A DNA stretch of 64,000 bases from Haplodiscus bocki (taxonomy: Eukaryota), in NCBI GenBank assembly GCA_965655095.1, contig OZ296650.1:131006001-131070000 (forward strand). Reading direction: 5' to 3'. Under the pieces are notes generated by a model. That model was given only the letters and a program-made list of their open reading frames with translations. It ran no database searches and was not told the origin of the DNA. A program made the position numbers and the translations under genes. Of the stretch, positions 62,321 to 64,000 are shown one piece after another. The first letter of the stretch is position 1; each line of letters starts with the position of its first letter.

Positions 62321-63831
62321 GGGGATAAGCAAAAAAATTCCAAGACTTGAATTTTCATGAGGAACTCGGATGTTGTTTGGCTGCTCACAAATGTCAATAT
62401 TTTAGCATTTTCACGGAAAATGTTAGGCGTTGAAAAACGAAATTGAAACTGATGCATGCTAAAAAGGTCAAAATCAAGTTTTAGCACTGTGTGAAAAAAC
62501 GTAGTTGTTCTGGCAAGCGCTAGCTAGCTCACTGATTGCGCACACTTTGTGTGGGTCCTTGTTAGTGTCCCGCGGTCAAGTGGACCATGGAAAGAACTAC
62601 TTATAGCATCGGCAAGTTCTCATTGCTTCATTAACTATATCAGTATTTCACTAATTAAGGTGTGAAACGCAATTCTACCGCAAATGTGGAGGCTACACGT
62701 TTATGACATGGCGTTTATGCATATTTGTTGCAATAAATTTGCATATTTTTAATTTGGCGGACCATAGCAAACATAACCATCACATACGTAAAATACTCGC
62801 ACCAATTTAAAACTAAGGAATCAGCGTTCTTTTTCCGCCATTGGTAGTGTTTTCATCATTGATCTGCGTAAAGTTCAATTAATTTCAGTTTTCATCGTAA
62901 TTCACCACTTTGTCTATAATTACGCTGGATTTTCGTAATTAGAAGTCTGCGTTTTCTAAGGTTCGATGAATTCCGAAGTCTTTTAATAAAGCACATGTCA
63001 GAGCTCAGAAACTGTTCATGAATCATTGAGTTAGGACAAAACTGCATTGAAGCGATAGATAAAGATGATAAATGATTTTGTCAGCAAAAATTTGTTATCA
63101 ATATATCACATTGGGTCACGGTTTTCATCCTGTCGATGAAAAGACATGCATTCTAAACAGCATAGTGGTCAATTTGTGAGGTTATTATCAATTAAAATAC
63201 TGTCAACGGCTCACAGATTTACACGTGTTGAATGCCAGCCAATGATTTTTGTTTTGTCCAATGTTCCATTCCATTGTTCGCCTAAATGCCAATATTTTCC
63301 TTGATTATTCTCTGTTCAATGATTGTTCAATGATATTTTGCATGTACGCACTATTTGGAAAAAGTTAACACAGTGAAACACCAACCTGATGTTGTTCAGT
63401 GAAAATGTATTCCGGATCGTTTCTTATCCTATCAGTCCGGCCGCTACAGAGGGCACCTATAGTGGCTTATGGTCATCCGTTTGGAGCAGTCCGTTGTCTT
63501 CTATACTAGTTCTACTTACTTTCGAGCCCTCATCGAATTTCGTCAACTTCATCAACTTGTTCCAGCACATTGGTTATGGATGGATAGCGATGTTTTCATA
63601 TGCTCAGCGATACTTCCTACCTTCTACATATTGTTACTTACAAAATAGAAAAATTGCGTTCATACCTGGGAAAGTGAATTGGTAGAGCAAATTTATATAA
63701 GTACCTCTACCCTAAAAAATTCGCATTAACATCTTAGTAATGAAACTGGCTTCTTTGTCAAGCTCGTATGAAGGAAATACGAACTAGATATTTTTACTAA
63801 ATCATTAGCTTATATCCTGGGTATGAAGCCT
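62013..63831 (-). repeat. 5' LTR (~1.82 kb)
   Basis: Direct repeat of 48647-50412. The right boundary is inferred from the aligned ACTAAA...GGGTATG(T/A)AG and is approximate. Confidence 0.82.
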
Positions 63832-64000
63832 CTACGTAATTCTAGTACCACGTGATACATACGAACATATGCAACATCTTCTATGTCTCCTTACTTCCTC
63901 TGCCAACGATATGTTCGCGATAATGTACTGTTTTTAAAAGTGGAGAGTGACCTTAAACTCCGCTCTACTGATGCTACACACCTTAGCCATAAAATTGACA

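Larger units (their letters stand above)
48647..63831 (-). mobile_element. Full-length (~15.2 kb) decayed Gypsy/Ty3-type LTR retrotransposon with accessory 3' region
   Basis: Two ~1.8 kb direct repeats, a PBS next to the right repeat and a PPT next to the left repeat. Gag, RT, RNase H and integrase lie in Gypsy order on the - strand. Confidence 0.9.

Noticed and set aside
63825-63840. Target-site duplication of the large Gypsy element
   Set aside because: Left flank (ATACAG) and right flank (CTACG) do not match convincingly, and the right boundary is decayed.

Overview
AT-rich, repeat-dense animal (invertebrate-type) nuclear DNA. I can reconstruct one host gene: a 5-exon MOSPD1-like gene (MSP domain plus two C-terminal TM helices) on the + strand. 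Its CDS is join(8133..8259,16884..16959,17299..17392,37784..37949,39021..39400), 843 nt / 280 aa, with GT-AG introns and consistent phases; the ORF track misses most of it. Nearly everything else is mobile DNA. (1) A near-intact LINE at the left edge with a single nonsense codon, a 3' hairpin and a (TTTC)n tail. (2) Two older + strand LINE remnants. (3) Two full-length decayed antisense LINEs in MOSPD1 introns, one with a PHD + zinc-knuckle ORF1. (4) An ~8 kb decayed Polinton/Maverick in intron 3 (pPolB, putative penton, packaging ATPase). (5) HINE/DINE-1-like elements and degenerate ~170-bp and ~105-bp tandem arrays. (6) A decayed Gypsy remnant. (7) A ~15.2 kb full-length decayed Gypsy-type LTR element on the - strand with ~1.8 kb LTRs, a gag frame that starts inside the LTR, and ~5 kb of unexplained accessory ORFs between pol and the 3' LTR. 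I found no CRISPR, rRNA or prokaryotic system. All family calls come from motif recognition by eye, not database searches, and boundaries of decayed elements are approximate.
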